Below are positions 16,886-26,613 of a stretch of 64,000 bases of DNA, one piece after another. The DNA lies in the IMG/VR virus record IMGVR_UViG_3300045988_175595, positions 101,597 through 165,596 of that record, one strand, 5' to 3'. The position numbers and the translations under genes were made by a program. The notes below the pieces were generated by a model. The model was given only the letters and a program-made list of their open reading frames with translations, had not been told where the DNA came from and did no database searches. Each line of letters opens with the position of its first letter. Positions within the stretch are counted from its first letter, which is position 1. The stretch comes from a virus.

Positions 16886-16917
16886 TTGACTTAAAGAATT
16901 AAGTCCCCTCAAGTTTA
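16886..16917. promoter_or_regulatory. Copy d of the dyad promoter/operator-like element
   Basis: Plus-strand sequence ttgacttaaagaattaagtcccctcaagttta, with the internal inverted repeat GACTTAA..TTAAGTC. Confidence 0.45.
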
Positions 16918-16975
16918 AATATATAAAAACAAAAAAGAATAGCTATAATTAATAGCTATCCTTTAATAATTTATT

Positions 16976-17932
16976 TTATTGTTTAACGGCTACACCATGT
17001 CCATCTATAGTATAACCATATATAGTAATATCATGTGCCATTTGGCCATTACTATATAGTAAATAATCTTTCCCTTGATCTTTTATCCAACCTGTAGCCA
17101 TACTTCCATCAGGGTTAAAATAATACCATTCATTATCTATTTTTAACCAACCTATTTGCATAGCTCCATCTGAATTCATATAATACCATTTACCTTCAGT
17201 AAGTATCCATCCAGTTTTCATTGAACCATCATTTTCATCACCTAAATAGTACCAATTTGCACCATTTGAATATTGCCATCCATAAAGCATATATCCTTCA
17301 GTATCGAAAAGATACCATTCATTATTAATTTTTTCCCAATCATTAGAAGTATAACTTCCATCTGAATGTTTATACCACCAACCTCTACTATCTAAAATCC
17401 ATTCTCCTTTTTTAGATTCTAGAGTTTGTCCAGTTAATCCTTCTACTATTTCTGTAGAGATAACTTCTTCTCCTATGCTATTATATAAATAGCTATCAGA
17501 AGAATCTACAAAACATATTTCGATTAACATAGCAGTAGATTTTGGTCTTTTTACCATAGCTAAATTTGACCCATCTTTAATTCCTCTATTTCTAAATCCT
17601 AAAGAAACTAAGTTATTCAATACAGCTCTTGCTTCTGGAATTTCTTTTGCTCCATAAGTAAATACTTCTGAACCAATTCCTCCACCTGCATTAGCATGTA
17701 AACTAACACACATATCTACATTATTTATATCTGCTTTATTATATCTTTGATATAAACTATCATTAACGCTTGAAGCATTTTGAGGTCTTAATCTAATAAC
17801 TTCATGACCTAATTGTATTAATTTTTCGATTATTAATTCTCCAACTGAATTAATAATTGTTTCTTCTGCTATATTTCCAACAGCACCTCTATCTGGACCT
17901 ACTCCATGACCTAAATCAATAGCAAATTTCAT
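16976..17932 (-). CDS. Endolysin: N-acetylmuramoyl-L-alanine amidase (Amidase_3) with C-terminal clostridial/choline-type cell-wall-binding repeats
   Basis: An N-terminal MKFAIDLGHGVGPDRGAVGN amidase_3 signature, followed by 5-6 repeats of the GW(I/L)xxxGxWYY(F/M)xxDGxM type. Confidence 0.8.
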   Translation of the reverse strand: MKFAIDLGHGVGPDRGAVGNIAEETIINSVGELIIEKLIQLGHEVIRLRPQNASSVNDSLYQRYNKADINNVDMCVSLHANAGGGIGSEVFTYGAKEIPEARAVLNNLVSLGFRNRGIKDGSNLAMVKRPKSTAMLIEICFVDSSDSYLYNSIGEEVISTEIVEGLTGQTLESKKGEWILDSRGWWYKHSDGSYTSNDWEKINNEWYLFDTEGYMLYGWQYSNGANWYYLGDENDGSMKTGWILTEGKWYYMNSDGAMQIGWLKIDNEWYYFNPDGSMATGWIKDQGKDYLLYSNGQMAHDITIYGYTIDGHGVAVKQ

Positions 17933-17997
17933 ATAAAATTTTCATCTCCTATTATTAGTAATAATTTTACTTAATATTATTACTAATAATATTATTA

Positions 17998-18519
17998 TTA
18001 TATACTTTTATCTAAATTAGCTATTAATTTAACAGCTTTTTTAGCAGAAGTATATACTTGTTTTATATTAACTTTTTTTATTGCTTCTTCTGGTGGATAT
18101 AATTCACTATATTCAGGAATAGGAAAACAAATACAATAGTCTCCTATTTCTCCTGTATTTAAATCTTTTCCCATTCCTTTTGCTGGAGATATTCCTTCAT
18201 CTTTTATCATAAGCTCATCAAATGTTTCTATTCTTTCATCATAAAATATTGCATCAGTTGACACAATAATATCGTTAGGGAATAAGCTTTTAACTGCTTC
18301 CCATTTTTCTTTTACATTTAATGCAGTAATAGTATCATTTAATGAACCTATAGATACTATATTTTTTAAATCTATTTCACTTAATAAAGTACCTAAAAGG
18401 GGACCAAAACTGTCACCTAATCTTTTTTCTGTACCTATATTAAATAATATTATTCTTTTATTTGTGTCTTTAATTTCTTTTTTTATTTGTTTTAAAAAAT
18501 TTTCCTCTGTTAAATACAT
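17998..18519 (-). CDS. YyaC-like (DUF1256) sporulation-protease-family protein
   Basis: The motif IGTEKRLGDSFGPLLGTLL resembles the YyaC GTDRSTGDALGPLVG motif. Confidence 0.45.
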   Translation of the reverse strand: MYLTEENFLKQIKKEIKDTNKRIILFNIGTEKRLGDSFGPLLGTLLSEIDLKNIVSIGSLNDTITALNVKEKWEAVKSLFPNDIIVSTDAIFYDERIETFDELMIKDEGISPAKGMGKDLNTGEIGDYCICFPIPEYSELYPPEEAIKKVNIKQVYTSAKKAVKLIANLDKSI

Positions 18520-18596
18520 CTTTCTTTTTCCTTTCTAATATAATATTTTATTATGTCTTACTTTATTTGTTCTTAATATTTTATTAGAAGGTAATT

Positions 18597-18953
18597 TTAT
18601 TTTTTTATTTGTTTTTGGGGGCTCTTTTTTTTTACTCTAAAATGATCTTTTATATCAATAAAGAATCCTCTTTCTTCTATTTCTTTTGTTATAAAATCAG
18701 GAATACCATAATATTTAAATAACATAAGTTTTCTTTCATTATTTAAAAATTCTTCACTTGTTTTTCCATCTTTATAACGATTATAATTATAATCTAATTT
18801 TTTTAAATAATTATTTAGAATAAATTTAGGTATATTACATAAATGACTATCTTTTAAGTCTTCTACATAAAATTCGTCCCCATTATATGTTTCCCATGTT
18901 CCTTTAGAATAATTTTCCAGATATAATTCTCGTATTTTCTTTACAAGATCCAT
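18597..18953 (-). CDS. Hypothetical protein
   Basis: 118-aa ORF. Confidence 0.4.
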   Translation of the reverse strand: MDLVKKIRELYLENYSKGTWETYNGDEFYVEDLKDSHLCNIPKFILNNYLKKLDYNYNRYKDGKTSEEFLNNERKLMLFKYYGIPDFITKEIEERGFFIDIKDHFRVKKKSPQKQIKK

Positions 18954-18959
18954 AAGCTA

Positions 18960-19445
18960 TTAACTTAAGCTTTTGCATATACTTCTATTTGCATATAGAT
19001 TAGGATTATCTTTCTTTGTTTCTTTTACTTTTCCATAGTCTATACCATTTTTAGAATATGCTACAACTACTTCTCCAATTTTATGTTCTTTATCTGATTT
19101 GAACCAATAAATCTTTCCATTTGGTTCAAATTCAATTCCATAAACAGTATAATCTGGAATTGGAACATCTTTCAATAATGTATTATAAGCAATAATAGCT
19201 TCTTTTATTTTAGCTGCTATTAATAAAGCTGCATAATTATCTATTTCTTCATCAGAAGTATTATCTGAAACAATAATTTGAGATTGTGTAATCTTTATAT
19301 CTACTCCGTTAATAGGAGCTATTCCTAGATATAAAGCTAATGAATCAGTTAATGGTAAATAATCATCATTATTTCCTTTTACATTTATTGAAACCTTATT
19401 TCCTGTTACATTTACATCTGCATTTATTCCTTTACAATATTGCAT
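18960..19445 (-). CDS. Hypothetical protein
   Basis: 161-aa ORF. Confidence 0.4.
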   Translation of the reverse strand: MQYCKGINADVNVTGNKVSINVKGNNDDYLPLTDSLALYLGIAPINGVDIKITQSQIIVSDNTSDEEIDNYAALLIAAKIKEAIIAYNTLLKDVPIPDYTVYGIEFEPNGKIYWFKSDKEHKIGEVVVAYSKNGIDYGKVKETKKDNPNLYANRSICKSLS

Positions 19446-19460
19446 ATAATTACCTTCTTT

Positions 19461-20009
19461 CTATTTTTCTAGTTCTTTTATTATTTTTTCTACTATTATA
19501 TCACAACCTTCATCAGTTGGTTCTACAACACTATATTCTATTGCTTTTTCATCTAATAAATTTTTCAATTTATTATCATTTGCAATAGCCTCTTCTACTG
19601 TTTTTTCGTTTCTGCCATTTGGATTAAATTTATGAATTCTTTTTAAATAAAAATTCATATTATTGAATTCATTAAATTTATCAATAACAGTTTGAATAAA
19701 ATGTGGCCTTTGTTGAGGATCGTATAGAGCAGATAAAACAATAGGACTATCTACGATAACAACATTTACTTTATCATATACTCTAAAGATTTTCCATAAT
19801 TGTTTACCATAAATATAATCTTGGCAATTAAAAACAGAACTTCTTCCTTCCCAAACCATATCTTTTACCCATTCTTGGATATTTTCACATTCTATTCCTC
19901 TTTCTTTTAATTTAGCAAATATTTTACTTGCGCAAGTGGATTTTCCTATTCCACTTCCTCCTAATAAATTTACTACTATATGTTTATCTTTATTCATATA
20001 GCTATTCAT
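19461..20009 (-). CDS. P-loop NTPase, putative nucleoside/nucleotide kinase
   Basis: Walker A NLLGGSGIGKST near the N-terminus with a small kinase-sized fold. Confidence 0.5.
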   Translation of the reverse strand: MNSYMNKDKHIVVNLLGGSGIGKSTCASKIFAKLKERGIECENIQEWVKDMVWEGRSSVFNCQDYIYGKQLWKIFRVYDKVNVVIVDSPIVLSALYDPQQRPHFIQTVIDKFNEFNNMNFYLKRIHKFNPNGRNEKTVEEAIANDNKLKNLLDEKAIEYSVVEPTDEGCDIIVEKIIKELEK

Positions 20010-20033
20010 CCCCCTTTATATTTGATATAAAAA

Positions 20034-20066
20034 AGACTTGAGACATTAAGTCACCTCAAGTTCTAA
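20034..20066. promoter_or_regulatory. Copy e of the dyad promoter/operator-like element, upstream of the kinase gene
   Basis: Plus-strand sequence agacttgagacattaagtcacctcaagttcta, with inverted repeat acttgag/ctcaagt. Confidence 0.45.
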
Positions 20067-20069
20067 TTT

Positions 20070-20276
20070 TTAATAGCTTATAAATTTAGATTCCATATTT
20101 ATAAAGTCATATTGTGGACCTAACTCAATACATTGAGTAGTATCTTTACATTTAGGACAATATATAGTTTTTATATGTCCTTTTTTCTTCAATCTAACCA
20201 TATTTCTTTGTATAGGAATTAGTTGACCACAACATGTACATTTTAACATAGTCATTGTTGTTTTCATTATTATCAT
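20070..20276 (-). CDS. Small zinc-ribbon protein
   Basis: CTCCGQ...CPKCKD, four Cys in two CxxC pairs. Confidence 0.45.
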   Translation of the reverse strand: MIIMKTTMTMLKCTCCGQLIPIQRNMVRLKKKGHIKTIYCPKCKDTTQCIELGPQYDFINMESKFISY

Positions 20277-20827
20277 TCCTTTTTATTTTTGATTTTTAAA
20301 TATTCTATTCCAAAATATATATTATCTAATGTTATACCTAAAAACATAAATATAAAACTAATAACTAATGGTATATTAATTATTATACATATACTAGATC
20401 CTAATAATGTAGCTATACTTGAATATATTTGTATATCATTATCATATCTATTTCTACTTTCTTTATTACTATATTTAATAGCTTTTAACGTATTTCCTCC
20501 TATTAATATATTTTTACTTATAGCAGAAAATATTAATGTATCTAATATATAAAATCCTATTAAATTATTATATATAGTTGCTATTATTACAGCTATTACA
20601 TATAGTATAGCTTCAGCTATTAAGAAAATAAGATAATAATTAAACAGTATATCTTTATATTTATTCCATAGATGTCCTATAACTATAGTAAATATACATA
20701 TAATCATACTATTAATAGCTATTAACTTATAGTCTATTGCATCCATTATGTGTTTTTGTATACATGGATAAGATATAGAGTAGAATATTGTCGAGAAGAA
20801 TGTTGCTTTTATTAAGTTATCTTTCAT
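20273..20827 (-). CDS. Polytopic membrane protein
   Basis: Multiple hydrophobic segments. Confidence 0.45.
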   Translation of the reverse strand: MKDNLIKATFFSTIFYSISYPCIQKHIMDAIDYKLIAINSMIICIFTIVIGHLWNKYKDILFNYYLIFLIAEAILYVIAVIIATIYNNLIGFYILDTLIFSAISKNILIGGNTLKAIKYSNKESRNRYDNDIQIYSSIATLLGSSICIIINIPLVISFIFMFLGITLDNIYFGIEYLKIKNKKE

Positions 20828-21426
20828 TCATTACTTTCACCATTCTTTCTTATTAATTTATTATTTAATTTTTATACTTTTTTGAATATTAGTCTTGACG
20901 AATGAATATGAGGAAAGATACAGTTTTTGAAGTTGTGGACACATTTTTGGACATAAAAACCCTTAATCGTAAAGACTAAAAGGGTTATGTAAAAACATAC
21001 AGTTTTTGTTTTGAATTGTATCTTTGTTACATCTATATCAGCTATTATAACTTAATTGTATCATTTCTGCCCCTAATACAACGAATTTAATAATTCTTAT
21101 TATAATATTAGCCATCTTCTTTATCGAAGATCAGAACTACCAGCCTCATATTTATTTTAACCTCGTAGGGAGTCTCACCTTGCTATGCACACGAGGGGTT
21201 TATACTTATAGGATATAGTCTATAAGTATAGATTTACCCCTTGCCCTTTGTTGACTTTTTTCACAACGTGGGGAGATAGACACCTTTTACGATAGGTTAT
21301 TTTTATGTGATTATTCCTTCTCAACACAACCTTATAGGATTTTTCGATATTAAATTATTAAAATTACTTATTTTTACTTTAATTTTTATACTTAATTAAT
21401 TAGAGTAAAAAATAGATATTTTTTTA

Positions 21427-21455
21427 TTGACATTGTATTTATTATTTGTTATTAT
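21427..21455 (+). promoter_or_regulatory. Near-consensus sigma70-type promoter on the plus strand (TTGACA-N17-TATTAT)
   Basis: Read directly from the sequence: ttgacattgtatttattatttgttattat. Confidence 0.5.
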
Positions 21456-21459
21456 AAAT

Positions 21460-21586
21460 ACATAAAGGTTAGTTTTATAAAGCAATTTATATTTCTACTT
21501 TACAAAACCTAAAAAACTTAATAAACATTATTTGAGAGTCTTTTATATTTTACTTTTCCACGGCAAGAATATAAAAGACTTTTTTC
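21460..21586 (+). ncRNA. Candidate small RNA between the plus-strand promoter and an intrinsic terminator
   Basis: No ORF is present. A 13-bp stem agtcttttatatt/aatataaaagact with a T6 tract lies at 21537-21586. Confidence 0.3.
21537..21586 (+). terminator. Rho-independent terminator hairpin with U-tract
   Basis: Inverted repeat with loop ttacttttccacggcaag, followed by tttttt. Confidence 0.5.
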
Positions 21587-21864
21587 TTGTATTTAATTTT
21601 ACACTATTTTTTCTTTTTTGTCCATATATATTTAAAATATATATTATTATACCTACAAATCATACTATTTTTATATTAATGAAAGGATGATGTATATGAT
21701 TAAACATTTCAGCTAAATTATTTAATCTTTTTATTAATATGACTTGTAGATATAATATTATATACTTACAAAAACTAACACCCTTAAAAAAAGAAACAAA
21801 TAACGGCCAAATTATTTAAATATTTTATTTAAAGAGTGTTAGTTAAATTATATATTATTATATT

Positions 21865-21900
21865 AATTTCGCTAAATTTGTGTTTAGCGAAATATTTTAT
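21865..21900. terminator. Terminator-like hairpin (11-bp stem atttcgctaaa/tttagcgaaat) just past the stop of the 21904-22089 gene
   Basis: A perfect inverted repeat followed by a T-rich tract on the plus strand. Confidence 0.45.
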
Positions 21901-21903
21901 TAT

Positions 21904-22089
21904 TTAAAATATTAGAATTACTTCTATTATTATTAATAAGAAGCATAAGTAAAATTGAAAAGCTATAAAAGCAAAAAAAGCTATTACGAAACATATTAAT
22001 CCAAAAACTAATCTTAAAGTAAAAGCTATATTCTTTTTTATATATATTGAAAATGCTATTGTTAATAATAATGCTATTAATTCATACAA
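21904..22089 (-). CDS. Small membrane protein
   Basis: 61-aa hydrophobic ORF. Confidence 0.35.
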   Translation of the reverse strand: MYELIALLLTIAFSIYIKKNIAFTLRLVFGLICFVIAFFAFIAFQFYLCFLLIIIEVILIF

Positions 22090-22091
22090 TA

Positions 22092-23201
22092 TTAATATCT
22101 TCTTTCTATTGATTCAGTATCTATAATAAATATAGATATAATACTTATTATAGTTAATATTCCTAATATAACTTTACTAATTTTAGATAATTCAATTTGT
22201 AAATATGAAAAATCAGCAAATTGTTTTCTTTCATATTTATCTTCAATAGATTTTCCTACTAAATCTATTTTCTCAGATAATGAAAGATCTTCTTTTGTCA
22301 TTATATTTTTTACTTCATATTTACAATCTTCTGATTCAGACCAGCTAAATGGATAACTCCAAATAATTTTATTATTATCGTCTGTTCCAAATGTTACTAC
22401 AAAATCATTTTTGTTACCATTTTGCCATAAATCTTGTAATGCTATTCCATAATCTTGTGTAACATTACCAAGATTTACAAAAATAACATTAACTTGTTTA
22501 TATGATTTTACATTATCTATATTATTAGGATTATTTGTATTATTTAAGTATGAGTTTAATTTATTTACTTGATTAATAATATCTTCTTTATCTTCAATAG
22601 TTTCTCCAATATATCTAGTTATACAATAATTTTCTACATTTTTAGGATATTCGGGTAAATTTGGATAAGTATCTAAATTTATATCTGTATGCTTATATAT
22701 TGAATAACTAGCTTGTACTTTATTTTCATAAGTGTGTATACTAGCTGTTGGTCTACCTATTGGATAAAATTCTTCTAATTCTTTATCTGAATTTACAAAA
22801 GAATCAGTAAATATTCTTCCATCTGGAGCTTGTCTAACATAAAAAGTACCATCATCTGTTGTTTTAATATAATTTTCAGCATCATGATGCTCCCAATATC
22901 CAGGATGATGTTTTATTTTTGTATGGACATTACCCTTAGAATCAGTTTCTGTTATTTCTTCATCCCAAGGTTCATGCCATTCGTCCCATTCCTCTTTATG
23001 ATTTACTGAGACGATTTCTCCAGACCATACTTCTTTACATGATGTTTGACATTTATAATCAATAAATACTACAATACTTCCTATTATTAAATTAGCTATT
23101 AATAATATAATAACTAATAATATTTCAACATGTTTACTAACTACATATTTAATAAAACTGGCTAGACATATAAAAAATAGAAAAATAAATAAAGTATTCA
23201 T
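22092..23201 (-). CDS. Membrane-anchored hypothetical protein
   Basis: N-terminal transmembrane segments with a large extracellular domain. Confidence 0.45.
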   Translation of the reverse strand: MNTLFIFLFFICLASFIKYVVSKHVEILLVIILLIANLIIGSIVVFIDYKCQTSCKEVWSGEIVSVNHKEEWDEWHEPWDEEITETDSKGNVHTKIKHHPGYWEHHDAENYIKTTDDGTFYVRQAPDGRIFTDSFVNSDKELEEFYPIGRPTASIHTYENKVQASYSIYKHTDINLDTYPNLPEYPKNVENYCITRYIGETIEDKEDIINQVNKLNSYLNNTNNPNNIDNVKSYKQVNVIFVNLGNVTQDYGIALQDLWQNGNKNDFVVTFGTDDNNKIIWSYPFSWSESEDCKYEVKNIMTKEDLSLSEKIDLVGKSIEDKYERKQFADFSYLQIELSKISKVILGILTIISIISIFIIDTESIERRY

Positions 23202-23755
23202 TAATCTATACTTATATCTGTTTCTATTCCAGATTCATATGAACCAGCAGTAGCATCTGAAATTATAATATCTTTTGTAGGATCTAATTCTTGTCTACCA
23301 GTTAATGTTTTCATGATTAGATGAGTATCAATATAACTATTATATTCTCTAGCTATATCTGCTAAAGCTTTTTGATTATTATCAAAAGAGTTTCTTCCTG
23401 ATACTATTTCATCAGAAAGTTTATTATACACATCTGCTGATAAAGATGGATTCTCTTCTTTAATAGCTTTAAATAAAAGATTTTCATCTTTATTTCTTCC
23501 TTCTATTAAAGAAGTATATACGTCTTTAAAATGTTCAGCTTGTTTATCTGTAACTTGAGTAAGCTGTTTTACTTTCGTCCACATTGCACTATGATTTGAC
23601 TTGTTAGCTGCTAATTGAGCTTCATATCTTTTTTCAATTTTTACTGCAGTATTTCTCTGACCGTATATAATTCCTCCAGATATTACTGCTATTAATAATA
23701 AACCTGCTACAATTATCGAGGCGATTGCTCCGCCTCCAACTTTATTTTTTTCCAT
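23201..23755 (-). CDS. LemA-family-like membrane protein
   Basis: An N-terminal transmembrane segment plus a helical domain resembling LemA. Confidence 0.35.
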   Translation of the reverse strand: MEKNKVGGGAIASIIVAGLLLIAVISGGIIYGQRNTAVKIEKRYEAQLAANKSNHSAMWTKVKQLTQVTDKQAEHFKDVYTSLIEGRNKDENLLFKAIKEENPSLSADVYNKLSDEIVSGRNSFDNNQKALADIAREYNSYIDTHLIMKTLTGRQELDPTKDIIISDATAGSYESGIETDISID

Positions 23756-23769
23756 TTATATCTTCTCCT

Positions 23770-24801
23770 TTAAAATAAATCAATAAATAATACTCTTATT
23801 CCAACTATTTCATCTTGTTCATTTTTATATGTTAAATAAGTTGAAATATCTATACCTCCAGTAGAACTAACCACTCCTCCTGGAATAATACCTGCTTCAT
23901 CTTGTTGTGATATTACAGTATCACAACATTTTCCATAATATTTTTCTCTTTTATTATTATATATATCTCCAAAATTATTTTCTGGTATATAATCTTCTGG
24001 AAAAATATTATCATTTCTAAAATAAGATAATTTAGAAATTACAATCATATCATTATCTGTTATAATTTCTATGTCTCCACCTTCTCTTTTTCCTTCATAA
24101 AATATACTAAATATTTCATTATTTTCTTTAAATTCTTCATGTCTAAAGACTAATTCAGTATTTTTATTGTCTTCTTTTTTTATTATTTCTGCAGTCCATA
24201 AACCATGTTTTACATCTAGTATATTATAATTATTTTTTTTATTTATCATATGTTCTAAAGGTGAAGCAATTATTATCTCTTCATCAATATTTATTGTACC
24301 TAATGGAATTGTTTCTATTTCTGTATCATCTATTGCTTTTAACAATTCTCCAAAAGGAGTATCTTTTAACTTTATAAAAATATTTTCATCGCTAAAAGGA
24401 TCTAGTTCTAATCTGAATACCTTTCTATCAAACAATGAATATATAATTTCTGCAATTATTCTTATTTCTGAAATTAATAAGTATACTTCTTCATCAATTT
24501 CAGAATAAATAATATCTTCATTAGATAATGAAGTTATATTTGCTTCTTCTTTTGTGTCTTTATTAATAGCTGATATTAAATATTCTGAATCTTCATCATC
24601 AAAATCAAATTCAAATGATATTATATATTTAGATTCTTTTGAATTATTTGATTTATCTGCTTCTAATAATTGATTTAAAATTCCTATATACTCAGAAGAA
24701 AAAATCTCATCTAAAGAATGAGATTCAAGAATTTCTTGAATTATTCTATCTTGAGTGTATTTTTTTAAAATATTAATAACATTCATTTTTTTATCCCCCA
24801 T
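23770..24801 (-). CDS. Acidic hypothetical protein
   Basis: 343 aa, D/E-rich. Confidence 0.4.
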   Translation of the reverse strand: MGDKKMNVINILKKYTQDRIIQEILESHSLDEIFSSEYIGILNQLLEADKSNNSKESKYIISFEFDFDDEDSEYLISAINKDTKEEANITSLSNEDIIYSEIDEEVYLLISEIRIIAEIIYSLFDRKVFRLELDPFSDENIFIKLKDTPFGELLKAIDDTEIETIPLGTINIDEEIIIASPLEHMINKKNNYNILDVKHGLWTAEIIKKEDNKNTELVFRHEEFKENNEIFSIFYEGKREGGDIEIITDNDMIVISKLSYFRNDNIFPEDYIPENNFGDIYNNKREKYYGKCCDTVISQQDEAGIIPGGVVSSTGGIDISTYLTYKNEQDEIVGIRVLFIDLF

Positions 24802-24804
24802 TAT

Positions 24805-25251
24805 TTAAAAGCAAAATTTATGCACAAAAAATTTACAATCTTCATATAAACTATTTAATCCTTCTTTTGCTACTTGCTCTATAATATCTTTTTGGCTATT
24901 TATTGTGTTTTCTTTAGCAAAACAATCTGTAAATGTATCAAATTTTTTTATATAATTTACTAATTGTTTATTACTTACTAAATAAATATACCATAAATAT
25001 TTATAATATGCAGTTAAATATTTTAAAGAAAATATTTGATTATTAACTTTAAAATCTATTAGTTTATATTCATTCTTGTATTGCCAGTGTTTTGCTTGTT
25101 TAAAATTTTCTGGATGTAAAATTTTTTGATTATACAAAAATTTTTTTAATAATTGATATCTATCTTCTATAGATATATTATTTATTTTTGCATATAAGGC
25201 TGAAAACCTTTTATCTCCCTTACTACTACATTCTAAATTCATAATTGTCAC
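24805..25251 (-). CDS. Hypothetical protein
   Basis: 148-aa ORF. Confidence 0.4.
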   Translation of the reverse strand: MTIMNLECSSKGDKRFSALYAKINNISIEDRYQLLKKFLYNQKILHPENFKQAKHWQYKNEYKLIDFKVNNQIFSLKYLTAYYKYLWYIYLVSNKQLVNYIKKFDTFTDCFAKENTINSQKDIIEQVAKEGLNSLYEDCKFFVHKFCF

Positions 25252-25456
25252 CTCTACATGACATTTTTGTATTTATACTTTATTAATATATCCTCCAATC
25301 TTTCAATCTTATACCATCCTAACCAATCTTTATCCTTATTTTTTGATTCCTTTATTAATTGGTTTAATTCCTTAGTATATAATTCTTTTTCATCCATGAA
25401 AAATCCCCCTGAAAAATATATTTAATATTTTATTATTTGAAATCTTGGAATATTAT

Positions 25457-26110
25457 TTATATTATATTAATATCGTTCATAATTGTAAGCATAATAAATG
25501 CCGTACAATTTTCTCTATCTTTTGTATTTTCATTTCTTATAATATAATCAGCTTGTTCTTTTAATTCTCTTATTTCTCTTTTGTCATTTAACATGCGTTG
25601 GCAAAAAGAATAAACCTTTTTATCTGTTATATCATTTTTTTCTCTTTCTATCATTCTAAAGAGTCTTGTTTTTGCTGTAGTTGAAATATAAATGATTCTA
25701 ATTATATCATTTATATCATAACCTTCATTTCTTACATATTTTTTAAAATTTGATATGCCATTTGAATCTAAGGTTATTAAATATACATTATCTGATTCTA
25801 AGTCAATAGAATCTTTTAATGTACCATATCTTTTAATATTACCTTCATCATCTTTAGTTTCAGTATATTCGATAAATTTATCTTCTCTTATATATTTATC
25901 GAAATCTTCTTTTGTTTTAAAATAATAATCTTTACCATAGAATTCATTAGATCTTTGTTGTCTATCTGTATATGTAACAACTTTATTTATTTTTATAGTA
26001 GAAGGAATACTATATTGTTTTGATAAACTTGTTAATGTACAGTTAATTAAATCTGTTTTTCCTACTGAGCTTGGCCCACTAAAAATATAAATCTTACACA
26101 TGCTATACAC
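25457..26110 (-). CDS. Guanylate-kinase-like / dNMP kinase P-loop protein
   Basis: IYIFSGPSSVGKT P-loop, with the downstream TTR..R..E..G.DY.F pattern. Confidence 0.55.
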   Translation of the reverse strand: MYSMCKIYIFSGPSSVGKTDLINCTLTSLSKQYSIPSTIKINKVVTYTDRQQRSNEFYGKDYYFKTKEDFDKYIREDKFIEYTETKDDEGNIKRYGTLKDSIDLESDNVYLITLDSNGISNFKKYVRNEGYDINDIIRIIYISTTAKTRLFRMIEREKNDITDKKVYSFCQRMLNDKREIRELKEQADYIIRNENTKDRENCTAFIMLTIMNDINII

Positions 26111-26127
26111 TCCTTTATTTTAATTTA

Positions 26128-26607
26128 TTATTTACCAGATGTATAATATCTGATTAAATCATCTTTAAAAATTTCTATAGCTTTATCTGTTACTTCCTTA
26201 CAACTAAATGATATTGCACCAAAACAATAATTTTGTTCATCAGGTAATGATATTAACTTATTTTGTTTTCTATCATAATAAATTGTCCATACACCATCAA
26301 GAGATATTACATCATTTTCGTAAGCAAATATTTCTAATTCTCTATGAAGTTTAATTTCAAATGCTTTTCTTTCTGCTTCTTCTTTTGTTTTAAAACAATT
26401 TTTTGCTTTGAAAATATATTCATTTGTAATGTTCCCCCAAAAAATTAAAGAACAAACATTTAAATTTCCATCAATATACCAATATAATTCTTTTTCTTTT
26501 GGTATCCATATTTTTCTTTTTTCATGTTTTTTCTTAAAATCTTCAATTTTTTGAAGACATTCTTCTTTTAATATCTCTAATTCTTTTTCAATGTCCATAT
26601 TTATCAC
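26128..26607 (-). CDS. Hypothetical protein, paralog of 33061-33567
   Basis: The segment KTKEEAERKAFEIKLHRELEIFAYEN is shared (compare KTKEEAERKCFEIRLHRKLELFALEN). Confidence 0.45.
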   Translation of the reverse strand: MINMDIEKELEILKEECLQKIEDFKKKHEKRKIWIPKEKELYWYIDGNLNVCSLIFWGNITNEYIFKAKNCFKTKEEAERKAFEIKLHRELEIFAYENDVISLDGVWTIYYDRKQNKLISLPDEQNYCFGAISFSCKEVTDKAIEIFKDDLIRYYTSGK

Positions 26608-26613
26608 CTCTTT

